From Octopus vulgaris (lineage: Eukaryota), in assembly GCA_951406725.2 (NCBI GenBank), contig OX597819.1, positions 54,064,001 through 54,128,000 of the forward strand: a stretch of DNA of 64,000 bases, in the 5' to 3' direction. This document shows positions 14,466 to 27,659 of the stretch, in pieces. The notes beneath the pieces are model-generated. The model was not told where the DNA came from. It made no database searches and saw nothing but the letters and a program-made list of their open reading frames with translations. The translations under genes were made by a program, and so were the position numbers. Position 1 is the stretch's first letter. Each line of letters opens with the position of its first letter.

Positions 14466-15283
14466 TTAAAATAACTGATCTTGTATTTTCTTTTACCCAA
14501 AGTCAGGAACTTTTCAGCACCCTCTTGTACAAGCTCTCCAAGTGAAATGAGCTTGGCTAAAAGTTTAGCCACACACTCACAGACATACAATTATGTTCAG
14601 AAAGTTGAACTGAAAATATATGTCAACATGAGTGGTTATGTTCTGTAATCAACAGCTGTTGAAAATCACAAATGTTCCTTTGAAGCATTATACCTCAACA
14701 TTGCAATCTATTAATTATATCCACCCATCCACTCTAGAAACTTAATAGAACCAAACTTTCCTAAGAACAGTAAAGTTCTGCAAGTAAAACTTTAAATATT
14801 GAAAATCTAAAAAAAAATTCCCATTTAATCTTACATAAAATTAAATAGTTTAGGACATTACTTCAAGAATAAAGATACAGAATCCATAATGACTAGCACT
14901 AAACCAACCATTGAGCCCTTATGGCAACTAAATATCTGATAGAGGTAGCCTAAATATACCTTCAATTTCTATTTATTTAATACAGAGAAATCTGTGTAGA
15001 AATATTTGCTATGAAATTGTATCAATGAGCTCTGTAAGTTTCTTGAAAACAACTTGACTAACATTCATAGAAACAACAAAGTGCCCAAGTTGAGCTAACA
15101 TTCTTTTTGGAATGATATATCTCGAAGTACACAGAGAGTTATAATAGCATGTAAACAATATTGGGTTGAAATGTGGACATGACTGGAGAATTGGGGTTGA
15201 GTTCCATGAGCAGCCTACAACTTTCTATCAAGTGTTTTTCAACCCAATATTTATAGGATACTTATAGCTTTACATGTATGCTT

Positions 15284-15500
15284 TCATCATCATCATCGTT
15301 TAGCGTCCGCTTTCCATGCTGGCATGGGTTGGACAGTTCAACTGGGGTCTGGGAAGCCAGAAGGCTGCACCAGGCCCAGTCTGATCTGGCAACGTTTCTA
15401 TGGCTGGATGCCCTTCCTAACGCCAACCACTCCATGAGTGTAGTGGGTGCTTTTTACGAGCCACCGGCACAGGTGCCAGATGAGGCCACGATCTGATGGT
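15284..15500 (-). mobile_element. 5'-truncated RTE 3' tail with (GAT)n end
   Basis: Reverse complement of the tail at 53820-53977 (GGAAGGGCATCCAGC...CCATGCCAGCATGG...GATGATGA). Confidence 0.85.
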
Positions 15501-16134
15501 GATCTTCACATTCTACTGAAAGTTTATAAAATTCTTGACACATTAAGAACTTTAGCAGATGAGTACATGAAGGATGCACACAAAACTTCCTGCTATATTA
15601 TGTCAGACTAAATATTTGGGAATGCCTGTCATATAGAATGTATGTACTCTGATTTTACATTTCATTTCCTGTTATATTTAAAATCTCAGCTGACTATCAC
15701 TAAAACAATAGCAAACATTACTTTAACAGCAACCATTATTTCCTAAATGTGACAATGATCATAAAAGTGGTTGCATTAGGATTGTAATAAAAGTTTCATA
15801 AATGGATACTTAAAATCCAACTCTTATTTCGACTAATGCTAATAGGGAGTGAACTCAATAAAAATGAATTAGTAATACTTCTAACCAGTGTGCAGCTGTT
15901 TCAAAATAAAAGCATCCTGTCCAGTCTAGACAAGTTAATGGATTTTTTTTTTTTTTTTAAATTCAAAATACACTTAAGTTTCTTAATGGCAAATGCTAGT
16001 GCTTTCCACATTTCTCCAAGCTGGTATCTGACTGGTTTAAAAACTGAAGCAGTTTCTAGGAGACAATTGGAAGAGGTTAAAAGATAAACCACTGAGTTTC
16101 AAAGACAAGGTTTAAAAAAAATTTTTTTTTTTTA

Positions 16135-16410
16135 TTCAAGCACATGGATGGAATTCCCCACATGGTTTCAGGTTGTTTCACTGCATGGTACTTTGAGCCA
16201 ACTAAAGCCTTGTTAGTGGATTTAGTAGATGGAAACAATGTGTGGGTACCCTACCACAGCTTGACAACCGGTGTTGGTGTGTTTACGTCCCCATAACTTA
16301 ACAGAATAAATGCCAGGCTTAAAATAAAATAAAATACGGGTGTTGATTCCTTCAACTAAAATTCAAGACGCTGTCCCAACATGGCCAGTCTATGACTAAA
16401 ACAAAAAAAT
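16135..16410 (+). mobile_element. tRNA-derived SINE, family 1, degenerate
   Basis: Homologous to the fuller copy at 35975-36352 (gtgtttacgtcccc.taactta, catggcc..gtc..atgact.aaacaa). Confidence 0.7.
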
Positions 16411-18186
16411 AGGGAAGTTCAGTAAATTCCATAGTAGTTAAATGAAGGTAACATTTTGAACCTTGCTTTTTGTTGAGCAGTAATCTATTTGTGCCTATGT
16501 GATGGATAAAGCCTGAAACAGTTATATTTTCCACATACATTCAATTCATCGAAATCTATAGCCTAATTGATAAAGAGCATTACCAGTTAAGGATCTTAGC
16601 AATAAGCAAAGCAAACAATATTGTATCGCTTCCTTTCGTACTCAATAAAAGTACATTTTAAAACAGTTTGCAACGAGTTAGTGCGCATCCTACATCATTG
16701 AACATGCCATAAAAGGAAACGTTATGCTTAATATATTTTTAAATCTAAAAATCGATCCATATTTTGCACACTCATTAAGTAAATATCAGGAGCTGAAATT
16801 CAAATTGATACGATGATTAAAATTGGCAATTGTTCAGGACGTTATTCAAACGAAGTCACAACCACTCCACTTGAATCAAACCGATAAACATACCAAGACT
16901 GATTTATTTTTTTTTTACCTACAAAATAAAAAGCCTAACATCCTCCAGTCACAAACTAAAAAAAAAAAAATCATAAGCCTTTTGAAGGCAACTACAATAT
17001 AGTTAAAAGTACCCAGTTTTTGCAATGTAGAAATTCGTCAGCACTCAATAGTCCGACCTACATTAAGTTGGCTGCTCACGTATATGGAACAGTACGCACA
17101 TACACAAATTACAATTGGAAACAAAAAAAACTTCACCTGGTAGGCAAGTTTTCATTTACTAGATCTACAAAACCCCACTGACTAGCCATGTCCCAAGTCT
17201 CTCCTACCTCCCTCACAATAGTCTGCTTCTCTAAACTTACTCCACCCGAGCCAACTCTTATTTTTTTAAAAATTACTACTACTGTGTCATCACCAGACTA
17301 GTGTTAAACACTTAACTCCTGTTACAACTTTGCTGTGAAGCTGTCCTCATAACCACTGCACTAGGAGGAAACCTCTTTGCAATCGTTCAACTAGCTGAAA
17401 ATAGTCATATCTCCCTCAACATATACCCTGTACTGAGTAAGGAAAGGGACATTAAGTAATTGTAATCATAATCGCATAAAAATTCTGGATGGTTAGTTAT
17501 TGCTAGATTGCTGTTAATCCATTATAGCCTGCTCGATCAGAACCGATACAATCACAGCCAATTATGATTCTTGCAACGAAAATAACGCTTTTTTTTCAGT
17601 AATAGCAGGATTAATTGTCATGTCAATCATTAAGAAAAACGTATTTTGGTTATAAAGTAAGGATTATGCGTACATGCGAGCCTCAAAACTGACTAGATTG
17701 TTTATACGTTTTCTTACCAGAAAAGAAAAAAAAAAAAAAAAAAGGTCAGTCGATAACGAAATTAATTAGTTTTCTACAATTAAGTTATGAATACCTCACG
17801 AAGTCCATTTAATTCTGATGCTAAGTTTACTAAGCAAAGCCAACGTAATCGATCATTTAAATCGTTTTATACATCATAACTGAAAAAAAACCCCCAAAAA
17901 TCAACTATCCGACATAAACAGCTGGTCAAATTTGCTAATTTAAATACGCGCGAAGGAAGCGTTTCAGTAGCGCCAAAATAGATATTCACACGAAAAAGAA
18001 AACGATCATAACAATAGAAATAGAAAAGAACAACTAGTTTAAGGCTATCGAAAGCACAGGTTACTCTCGCGGAAATTGAGATTGCATTTAAATCTTAAAT
18101 TTTTCAATAACCATCGCTGACACACTTGAAAACTAAAATATAAACAAATGTTCTTTCTCATACAACAGCCTAATTATGTATGTGTG

Positions 18187-18221
<35 letters not shown>

Positions 18222-19996
18222 CATACATATACACACACACACATACACGCGCGTGAGTATGTGCCACTTTCGTAGCAGTAAAAAGAAATGGGAATCGAGT
18301 CTATTCATTATATGAATAACATTAAAAGATGAAAAGGTAAAAATAAAATCAACGCTCAATGCCTGTCAAGTTAGTAGTGACCTTAATATTAACATAAACC
18401 ACTGAGTGGAAAAGAAAGAAACAGATAGGATAAGTTAAATTATCCAAAACCTATCCTCAACTCGAAATATTTCAATCTCAAATAGTAGTTCAAAGGAAAG
18501 TGCAGAACATGTAAACGACTTCTGCAAATAAAACCTGGTTTCGTTTATTAAGGATTTATTTCTCTTCTTTTGAGGGTGTATAGTTGATAGAAATCGAACC
18601 AAGTACTACAGACAATCATTTCAACGACCACAAGAGAAGGAAAACAAAGGGAAAAAAAAAAAAACCGAAACATACCATAGACACTCCTTGGTCATCTTAT
18701 GTTTTTGTATTAATTTAAACCTCACTTTCGGGAAATTAATACGATTTGTTTCCTCCCAGTGAAGAATAAAATGGTATTTTACTTTTTTTTTTTTTTAAGG
18801 TTTTTAAATAAACTTGACTTTATACCGGACGCCAAGAGGAACTTAATTTAAAATTCATCTACAAACCTGTTAACTACTAATAATCGAATTGTTGCTGTAC
18901 TTAATGGCGATCGAACAAGCAAACGATTTAGAAGACGAAAAATTAGAAAAAAAATTTAAGCAGATGAAATAGGATTGTACATAAAGAAAACACCCAATTT
19001 GTAATTTAGCAACATTTGCTAAATTGAGGAACACATTTCAAAATTAATTGCAGAAGGAGTTCGTGTGATTGTAAAACAGTTTTTGGAAAACCTGAATATT
19101 GGTGGAAGATGACAAGAGCTGCAATGCAATTTAGTAGTGACATCGACAATAAAAAATTGTTTTAGTACAGTTGTGATATGAAACTTGAATAAAATATTTA
19201 AAATATGAACTGCGTCATTATTTTTAGAAAATATTAAGTCGACAAACTACTTAGTCATGCTTTTGTTTTCTCCCTCCCCAGTATTTAATAATGCATAATT
19301 GAAAACAGGTAAATTCAAATCAGAAATGTATGTAAGCTGCAGGGTGGTTGTTTAGCTAATTAAAAATTCATTTTGCACGAACTGTATGACAAGAACATCT
19401 GGAAATAGCAGTTAGTGCTGTCATATAAACCCAGGTAAAGACCGATATATTAATATTAGTCATTCATACACGGAATTGTGTGGAATCCATCCTTCTACAT
19501 CTAAGAAAGAAAAAAAAACCTAATTGATGTCATAGTGGGAGAAAACACTCGACAGATGCTATACATAATATTAAATGACACCTATTTATTAATTTTCTTA
19601 AAAACAAAAAAGGGGGCGTGCTACATGACAAAAGACGTTTGACCAGATTAATGTGAGGTTGATTTTGTATTAAGTAGGTTCAGTTTTGAATAGAAAACGC
19701 CATCCACCAAGGCGTCCCAAAATGAAAAGCTATCAGATACTGATACTTAATTAACAAAATTAATAAAGTACAATATTTCTTTTATCTCTTGTACAAACTG
19801 AAATGTGTGGTTTTAAACCAAAAGAAAGAGAAATAAATGCAGCATCGTGCTGCTAGATGGAGACCTATTTAACTAACAAATGGTTAAAGTAAGCTACCAG
19901 TTTTATAAAATAAAAAGTTCAATACCCACAAAATGTCAGTCACCGAGCAAAATTCCTGTGTGAAATGGTGCACTAATAAGTAAGATTTGAACTCAC

Positions 19997-20138
19997 CATA
20001 GGCAATATATAATCTTCGTACACCACTTTTAGCTTCAACTTTCGCCAAAAGGTCAGTCACTGCATTCTTTTCATGCAGTGCTTTTTCGAATTTGGCTAAA
20101 TAGCTGCTTGCCGCCGGCTGAGCGTTAATAGCGACCAT
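19997..20138 (-). CDS. REEP5: Receptor expression-enhancing protein 5 (DP1/Yop1 family), coding exon 1
   Basis: Translates [47 protein letters not shown](G); LHEKN..TDLLAK.EAK.GV matches the REEP5 N-terminus. 142 nt, phase-1 GTGAGT donor. Confidence 0.95.
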
Positions 20139-20520
20139 CTTGTGTGTGTAGCAGTTGTTATGTCCAGCTGCGAAATAGCTACAGTTGATAGTAAGGCCGA
20201 CAAGATGAAATTGTGGACTAGTTCAACAAGTAGCGCAGTCTATTTCAGCTTCGTAGGAGTGCAAGGCAATTTGCGGCACTCCAAGCATATATTGGACTCG
20301 TCCAAAAGAGTTTGTAGCGTTGTTGCATACGTCGGTGGCGATTTATCATGTGACTGATGATCATGTGACTATCATCACCATCTTCGTCATCGTCGTTATG
20401 GATGTAGTTGATTATTCACCATTACGCGGTGACGCCTCATCTCACTTCAAAACCCTCTTCTACCCAACTGCGCGCATATATTTTCTTAGCTTAGAAAATT
20501 TTTATTTGCTATTATAGCGA
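20139..20520 (-). promoter_or_regulatory. REEP5 5'UTR/promoter region, CpG-rich, with two tandem GTCACATGA E-boxes
   Basis: Directly upstream of the ATG; visibly richer in CpG and GC than the flanks; ATCATGTGACT at 20345-20355 and 20360-20370. Confidence 0.6.
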
Positions 20521-21749
20521 TTGCCTTTTTGATCACTTGTTATATTGATTAGACTTGCATAGTCTGTTATTGTGAGGTTTTTCCCAAGCATTCGCTAAGT
20601 GTATGTGTAGATCTGGTAATTTTTTTTAAAAGATACCTTGATTATTGATATTCCTATTTTTAAAAACAATCCTGACATGTAAAACCAAACTGAAATTATA
20701 TATACGTTCAGTTTGATTTTATATCTAGCTTTCTTTGCGCTCTCAAAAAGACAGTAATTTTATTCATACTAACTGTCTGTCCTCCAGCTGCACAAAATAG
20801 CTGATAAAGAAGCTATGATAAGTATTTCGTTCAATAGCACACAATTGCAACAATGCATTATGTATGCTCTTAGTAGTCACCGATGATGTAAACTTATGCT
20901 ACTAATTCAGTAATATTCAAGTCGTATTCTTTTGGCTTGCCGACATATTGGTTATTGATCAATAAAAGCTGTTGCAATGGATGAAGCCTTAATTAGGTTG
21001 TCCATACACGGTTGTCAATTATCGTCTAATTTTAAAATAGATTCTTTAAGATTTTGACAAATATGTTTTTTTCTATGATCTAATCAAATCCCATTTTTCA
21101 TGTGAAATTTCGGGAATAAGAATTCATCTATCTATGTTTACGAATTAATGTATTATTATCCACTTGTTATTGGCGATTGAGATTATATTGAGCATGTGAT
21201 GAGCTGTTGCAAAGTTTCTTAATTTATAAGCCGATATAAGGTGCCTTAACTTTACGGTGTGGGACAGGAACATATACCTTTTGTTAGAGAACATTGCATT
21301 TTTTAATTTATATCTAAATGTCTTTACATGGTGACAACAGTGTTAGCTAATGTTTATGAGGGTGAAGCTGTGTCTTTGTATTACTTACTGCAATGTTATG
21401 GATAACTGCTGAGCATTAAAGAAATAAAATTAATGATTCTATATCAGCTAACAAATAGAAGCTAAATATTCAATGAGTTGTGTTCTGAACAGGGTTTGGC
21501 ATCAAAAGCAAGCATCTATATCTACAAAAGAAATTGATGCTTGATATAATTCTGCATAGGTTGACTATTGTATCAACCAAACAAAGCTTACCAAAGCTTT
21601 AGATTTCATTTGTGTATTCATGAGTCTAAACAGTTCATGGCAGCTCTGAAAGAACTCATAAAACATTAGCTTCTACTTTGACAAAGCTATCATAATACAC
21701 AACCACATCATTTTGTAGATCATATACATAAAAGAGGTGAAGGTGATGC

Positions 21750-22102
21750 TAGCAATCCATGGTGGGGATGCTGGCAAGGGGTAGTGTCAGAGCTATACCG
21801 TCGGGAACTTCGGTTCCTGGTAGGGCCACCCAAGGCAGATTGGTCTGACACCGAGTGGTATTAGGGCCACAACCCGGCAGACGGGGCTCAGGTGAAAATC
21901 CTCTGAGTGTCTGCCTCGGCAACTGGCGGCTCCTCGGTCGTTCTGTCCCTGCGTCTGCGGCAAACAGGTTGTCTCCACATGCGGGATTGTTGGGGATTGC
22001 TTGTGAAATCCACTTATTCCCACGAAACTTCTTCCATGAGTAGAAGAAGCTGACTCAACCCACCCAGGGCGAATGTCGCCACAAGTAAGTATGTAGTAAG
22101 TA
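21750..22102 (+). mobile_element. Bipartite non-autonomous RTE-derived element (RTE 5'UTR head plus 3' tail)
   Basis: GC/CpG-rich island; GAGCTAT.CCG...TGGTAGGGCCACCCAAG resembles RTE/BovB 5' ends; terminal hairpin GGCGA-ATG-TCGCC followed by an (AAGT)n-like tail. Confidence 0.65.
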
Positions 22103-23399
22103 CTTGAGCTGTCCATCCATGTTTCTGTTATGACATTGAAATTCAGATTACCCTCAAAGGTAATAAGAAGTAAGCAAACTGAAATTTGAAGACTTCTTGG
22201 AGTTTCATTATGCCAAAGGCTAAATAGGTTTCTAGTCTAGGCCAAAACAAGCTCCAAATATAAGAAGCTGATCACTTTGTACGTGTATGTTAGAGGTGTG
22301 TCCTTGCAGCTAAAATCAGAAATGTCAAAGCATGACTATCTGCATCAATAATATACTTGGATTAAGAATATTAATGAGAATATGAATTTAATAACTAAAT
22401 GGATAAATTCCAATTGGATTAGGTGGCTAAACCAGAGATTGGTAGCTAACAAATGAGGATTTAACTGAGTCATTCACTTATCAAAACTTTATTTGATACC
22501 AGAAAACTTTTCAATGTAGAATGGATAATTTGTCATACCTACCTTAGGATCTCTCCCTGCAGATTTTCTGTAGAGGTTTATTCCCTTAGCCTTTTTTAAA
22601 TGCCCAGATTATTCCACAAGAGGATTATAGTGGGCATAATTTGTGCAGAGCCAGTCCCACTCTCATCCTCCAAACTTATATTGGTCTGATGCAATAAGTG
22701 CCATGGGTGCAACAGTTATCAGGATGCAGGTTTTGTATAGAGTTACTTTCTCTTAGATGAGCAGCTAAAGAGCTGAAGGCCTCATCTGCTCTGGATCTGT
22801 TGGGTGTATGTGTGAGTGATCTGAAAATGATTCTGACATGCTAATTAACCCATAGTTGGGACCCTGACAGGTGATTCTACTCTGGATCAGTGTAGACAAT
22901 TGTGACTAAGAATTGGCTCCACACTCCTCAAAACCCTGGAACCCTTGAATCAGGGCCCCACAACCAGATGCAGCTTAAAGTCATACCCAGAGCATCTAGC
23001 TCACCAACTTATAAAACAACATATTGTTCCTGTTGTTGTTTGTCATTCAGCATGATTGTTGAAAATTTCTCACTAATGTCAGGAGTTCTGTTCATACATG
23101 CCCTTTAATTTCCATTACATTTCTGTGTAAGCTGTAACCAATACTATGTTATTTGAAAAATATGCAAGTGATTTTAATAAGTTAGGATGCCTATCTGGAA
23201 AAAGTCACTATTTATGGTTAAAGACTGGGACCTGGAGAGCCAAGCTGGATATCAATGATTGTTAGGGATATAAGATTGCCCTGAATAATTTGGGATCTAT
23301 AATCAATCAAAAACTCATAACCTTAGAAGGTTATAGATGCACAGCTTTACACACAGTGTCCTCCCTCCGTCTCATCCAGTTAGCAGTCAACCTAATGTT

Positions 23400-23940
23400 T
23401 TCTACTATATTCTCTGGTCATTTTTCAATGTTGCTCAATCATCCTTTTTGTGATATTCCTATACCAGGGGTTTCTCTATGCATAACTGGTCCTTCTGTTC
23501 TAGTTTTGCAAGAATCCATGCACGTATTTCTGCATCTTTTTTTGCTGTCAAACCTTGCACAAAAATGAGGCATTTAAACATGTCTAGAGATAATTCCTTC
23601 AGTTTAAATTTTTCGCACATTTTATTTATGATTCTGGCGTAACTGACGTAATCTTTGTCCTCTTCTTTTACTAATTTCAAATACTCCCAGCAAGTGTTAA
23701 ACAGAGAATTCTTATCACTGAACATTTTGGATAGCAATTCAATTGTTTCCTTGAAACAAATTTCCCTTGTTTTTTTTTTGTTTTTTTTTAGGCAAGATGA
23801 ACTTCATCATTTGTTATGTATGCACGTGGACAAGTGTTATCAGTGCATCAGGCAAAAATGCCTCACAGAATATGAGTATCAGGTTGTATGGCATTATACC
23901 AAAGGCGGACTTAACTATAATTATAGGTTAATGAAATAAG
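23400..23940 (-). mobile_element. Decayed Ty3/Gypsy gag fragment
   Basis: ORF 23459-23737 SLFNTCWEYLKLVK...FKLKELSLDMFKCLIFVQGL..KDAEIR..IL.KLE resembles the gag of invertebrate Mag-like Gypsy elements; flanks disrupted. Confidence 0.75.
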
Positions 23941-25769
23941 TACTAGACTTTATAATGGACCTGATATAATTGTTTCTAATTTAAGCACAAGACCAGCAAC
24001 TCTGAGGGGAGAGATTAGTCACAGTATTATACTAGTCAGGTGACTAATATTTTATTGCATCAACATCAAGAGGATGAAAAGCAAAGCTGACCAAAGCAGG
24101 ATTTGAAATCAGAATATGACTGGAAGAAATACTTCAAGGTATTTTATTTGATGATAAGGCTGAGTAACTGAATTTTTTAAATAACTTCTTTCCATTTACT
24201 AAGTTGAATGGTATCTGGCAGTGTCACTTTGTTATGCCAAAGCAAATGCATCCAAAGTGTTGAGCAACTATGAATATCTAATATATTCAAAGATATTGAT
24301 TTTGTTCATGCAGTGTAGTCATTCCATGATGCTACAGTCATTATTTTATTATAATTCAATTGCTTCATTTAATTATTAATTGAACAATTATTACATTTGT
24401 TTGTACGCATATTTTTACACTTGTTAAATTCTAAGTCAAGCCTGCTTAAGTAGGCCTATGATCAAGGACATTCCAACCATAACTATCTCATCTTTATAAT
24501 GATATGTTGAACTATATTATTCAATGTGTTCTCCTTTTGAAGTTTGTAGTGTGTGATTTCAAGAAAATTTTACTGTTTCTGCTGGTAGGCTGAGCTACTG
24601 AATTGAGGCAACCTTGCTGATTAGTAAAAGTGCATGCAATATTAGAGTAACAGTTTATTATACACACTCCTGTTGTTGTCTAGAAGTTGTTTTGTTGTTG
24701 TGGGGAAGATTATAATATGGGAAAATACTACTATCATGCCAAGTAACCATCACTCTAAAGACTACCAAAGTGAGAAGTTCATTTTGGAGACTTCTAGCAG
24801 CTACTTTTTCTCATCTCTCTTCTATCTTGCTTGTTATGTTGGTGGGTATAGTTGTGTAATAAATAGCAACCAAATTTGTAAACCAGGATTTGAAACCAAA
24901 TCCACATTTTCCTACAAGTACTATGCCTAGTGTTCTCGTCTGTTGCATTTGTGATTTTATGAGAGTTAATCATGATCTTTGACCTTCTTGAATCATTCAG
25001 AGGAAAAATACTTTGTCAAGCTTGACCTATTTTGGTTAGGAACAATATAATAAGTAACATCAAATTAATTCTTCCTCTTTGGTTGACAGGCCTCTAATCA
25101 AAGAGAATCTATCTATCTTCCATCTTTCTTTGTCCAGTACCAATAGAAAAAGCACCTCTATGCATGAGACAACATTGTTTATACTTTCTATTTGACTAAA
25201 CTCTATTACCCTTTCTCTCATTTGCAGTCACTTACAGATGAAGCTAGCTCCCATACACAATGGACCATAAAACAACAAATAAGCTGTGGACACAAACATC
25301 TTGAAGAAGATATCTTCTACATTGTAATGACCATAATAACCATATAAATAAAATGACAATCTCAACAAGCAATTAATATTGCTCTCTTTCAATCATTTAC
25401 TCAGTCCATATTATCATTACACTTCATCGTTATAGCTGTTTCTAAATGTTTTCATGTAGTCACAAACAATTGGTCTTAATATTGTGATTGTTTATAATGG
25501 ATTAGGCTTATGTAAAACATAAGCAACAAAAATGAGCGAACTGCACTAGCATAAATTTATCATTTGGCAGACTTGCAGTGGTATCATGCATATACTTCTA
25601 ATTGTAGTGTGTGTCTGGCCAAGGGTGGGGATTGTGATGGATAATAGATCTGATAAACTACTATTCAATTCACAAACAATTAGCATAATAACTTCATGGC
25701 ATTTTCATTTACTATAAAGAAAGTGATAAAAAAAATTCTTTCATTAGTTGCAAGGCATGGCTGTAGATA

Positions 25770-26125
25770 CAGGTGGGATTGTGTATTAAGAAATTTGCTT
25801 CCCAACCACGTGGTTCAGAGTTCAATCCCACTGCATTGCACCTTAGGCAACTAATTTCTACTATAGCTCTGGGCTGACCAAAGTTTTATGAATGGGCTTA
25901 GTAGATGAAAACTAAAAGAACTCCATTGTATACATGCACGTGCATGTGTGTGTGTGTTTGTCATCCACCACTACTTGACCTCATAACTTAGCAATTTGGC
26001 AAAAGAGACCAATAGAATAAGTACCTGGCTTTAAAAAAAATTTATACTGGGATCAATTTGTTCAACTAAAACCCTTCAAGGAGGTGTCCCAGCATGACTG
26101 TAGCCCAATGACTGAAACAAATAAA
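25770..26125 (+). mobile_element. tRNA-derived SINE, family 1
   Basis: tRNA-like head, internal (TG)n, family-1 3' half. Confidence 0.8.
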
Positions 26126-26534
26126 ATTTAAAACATTAGATCAATTCCCTCAACACATCACAGGTACTGCTGGTCACGATTTCTTAAATCAAACTACAAT
26201 TCATTTAAGAACTTTAGCATTTCAAATGTACTCAGCTATTTAATATACTTGGTAATCTGGGTAGAGGCAAGGCTGTGCAGTTAAGAAATTTTCTTTGCAA
26301 CTGTGTGGTTCTAGTTTGATCACACACACATTCCACTATGCTGCACAGTGACCTTGGACTGACCAATGCTATGAGAGAAATTCCATAAATAGAGACTTTG
26401 TAGAAACCTGTTGCAAATGTATATGAATAAAGTAACAAATTTGAAGAGTTATTGAAGCAGTAGTTCCCAACACATTTTCTATGTTCTGCACCCCTAGAAA
26501 ATATCTGATTAATTTTTAAACACCACCTACAAAA

Positions 26535-26898
26535 GTTGCCATGTAAAAAGCATTGGTACTGGTGTTACGTAAAAAGCACTGGTGCTAGTGCTGCATGAAA
26601 AGCACTGGTGATGGTTCCACATGAAAAAGCACTGGTGATGGTGGCACATAAAAAGTACTGATGCTAGTTCCATGTAAAAACGCTGGTGCTAGTGTCATGT
26701 GAAATTCACTGATGATGGTGTCACATAAAAGCACCTAGGACACTCTGTAAAGTAGTTGGTGTTAAGAAGGACATCCAGCTTTTGAAACCAAACCAAAACA
26801 GACTATGGAACCTGTTGCAGCACCTGTCAAGCTGTCCAACCCATATCAGCATGGAAAGTGGTCACTGAATGATTGTGATGATGATGATGATGATGATG
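26535..26898 (+). mobile_element. RTE-type tail preceded by a ~26-bp tandem array
   Basis: About 7 units of ggtgctggtgccacgtaaaaagcact, then the GGCATCCAGC tail and (GAT)n. Confidence 0.75.
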
Positions 26899-27659
26899 AC
26901 ACTTTCCTGATAACTAATTTATTATTTTGGAGGTGTACTTATCAGGCAAGTGATATGATTTAAGGTTGTGTGTTGAAACTAAAACAAATGCAGCATGTAA
27001 GACACATTTTTGCCATTCAAACACACACAAAGACTGTTAACTTCACTCAAACATTTATTATGTCATATGGTGTCAAAATTTCCATTGCGTCAACTGTGAC
27101 CTTGTCATAGTCTATCTTTGTCAGTGACCAAGTTGCAGTTTGCATGATGAAAATTCTATCACCATATAACAGATAATAGATGTTTAAGAGATGTTAACAA
27201 TCCCTGCGTATTTCTAAATGGCTAACATGTGTCTTTCATACAGCAATTGTTTTAATTTATTATTAGTATATTTTAACTAAACCGCATACAGTTTTTTGGG
27301 TAAACAAATTCAATTAAAACAAACAATTTTGACTTAGTACATAAAATACAGTGTAGATTGAGCAATTAGAAAAATCTGTAAATAGTGAAATTAATTACAA
27401 TTTTGAACATAGAAATCCATTGACTTCTTTATTCATGCTTCTCATTTATGATTTTATCAAAACAGAACATTCTTACTGTTGTTATCTGCAGGTCTACCTG
27501 TGAATTCAGAGATAAAAGAGAAATTAAGTCCAGATTTATACAGTATGCCATGGCAAATAGAATGTGACTACAGTTCTTAATAATAATCTCTTAGAATAAT
27601 AAAGTCCTTGTAAGTAGACTTAACAACAGAATAGAGTTATTTTTAAGGATTATCTGTTA

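Larger units (their letters stand above)
13884..14527. mobile_element. Mariner-type MITE hosting two piggyBac-type MITEs
   Basis: TIRs caagggggtgccgaaaagttcctg / caggaacttttcagcaccctcttg followed by TA. Confidence 0.8.

Noticed and set aside
21853-21875. Pistol-ribozyme-like GTGG-TATTAGGG-CCAC hairpin
   Set aside because: No downstream CCCTAA pseudoknot partner or conserved pistol linker.
21920-21960. HDV-like L3 (GGC-TCCTCG-GTC)
   Set aside because: No P1 3' strand followed by GG and no P2 partner could be assembled.
21793-22116. 107-aa ORF
   Set aside because: Antisense to a GC-rich RTE-derived element; no protein motif recognised.
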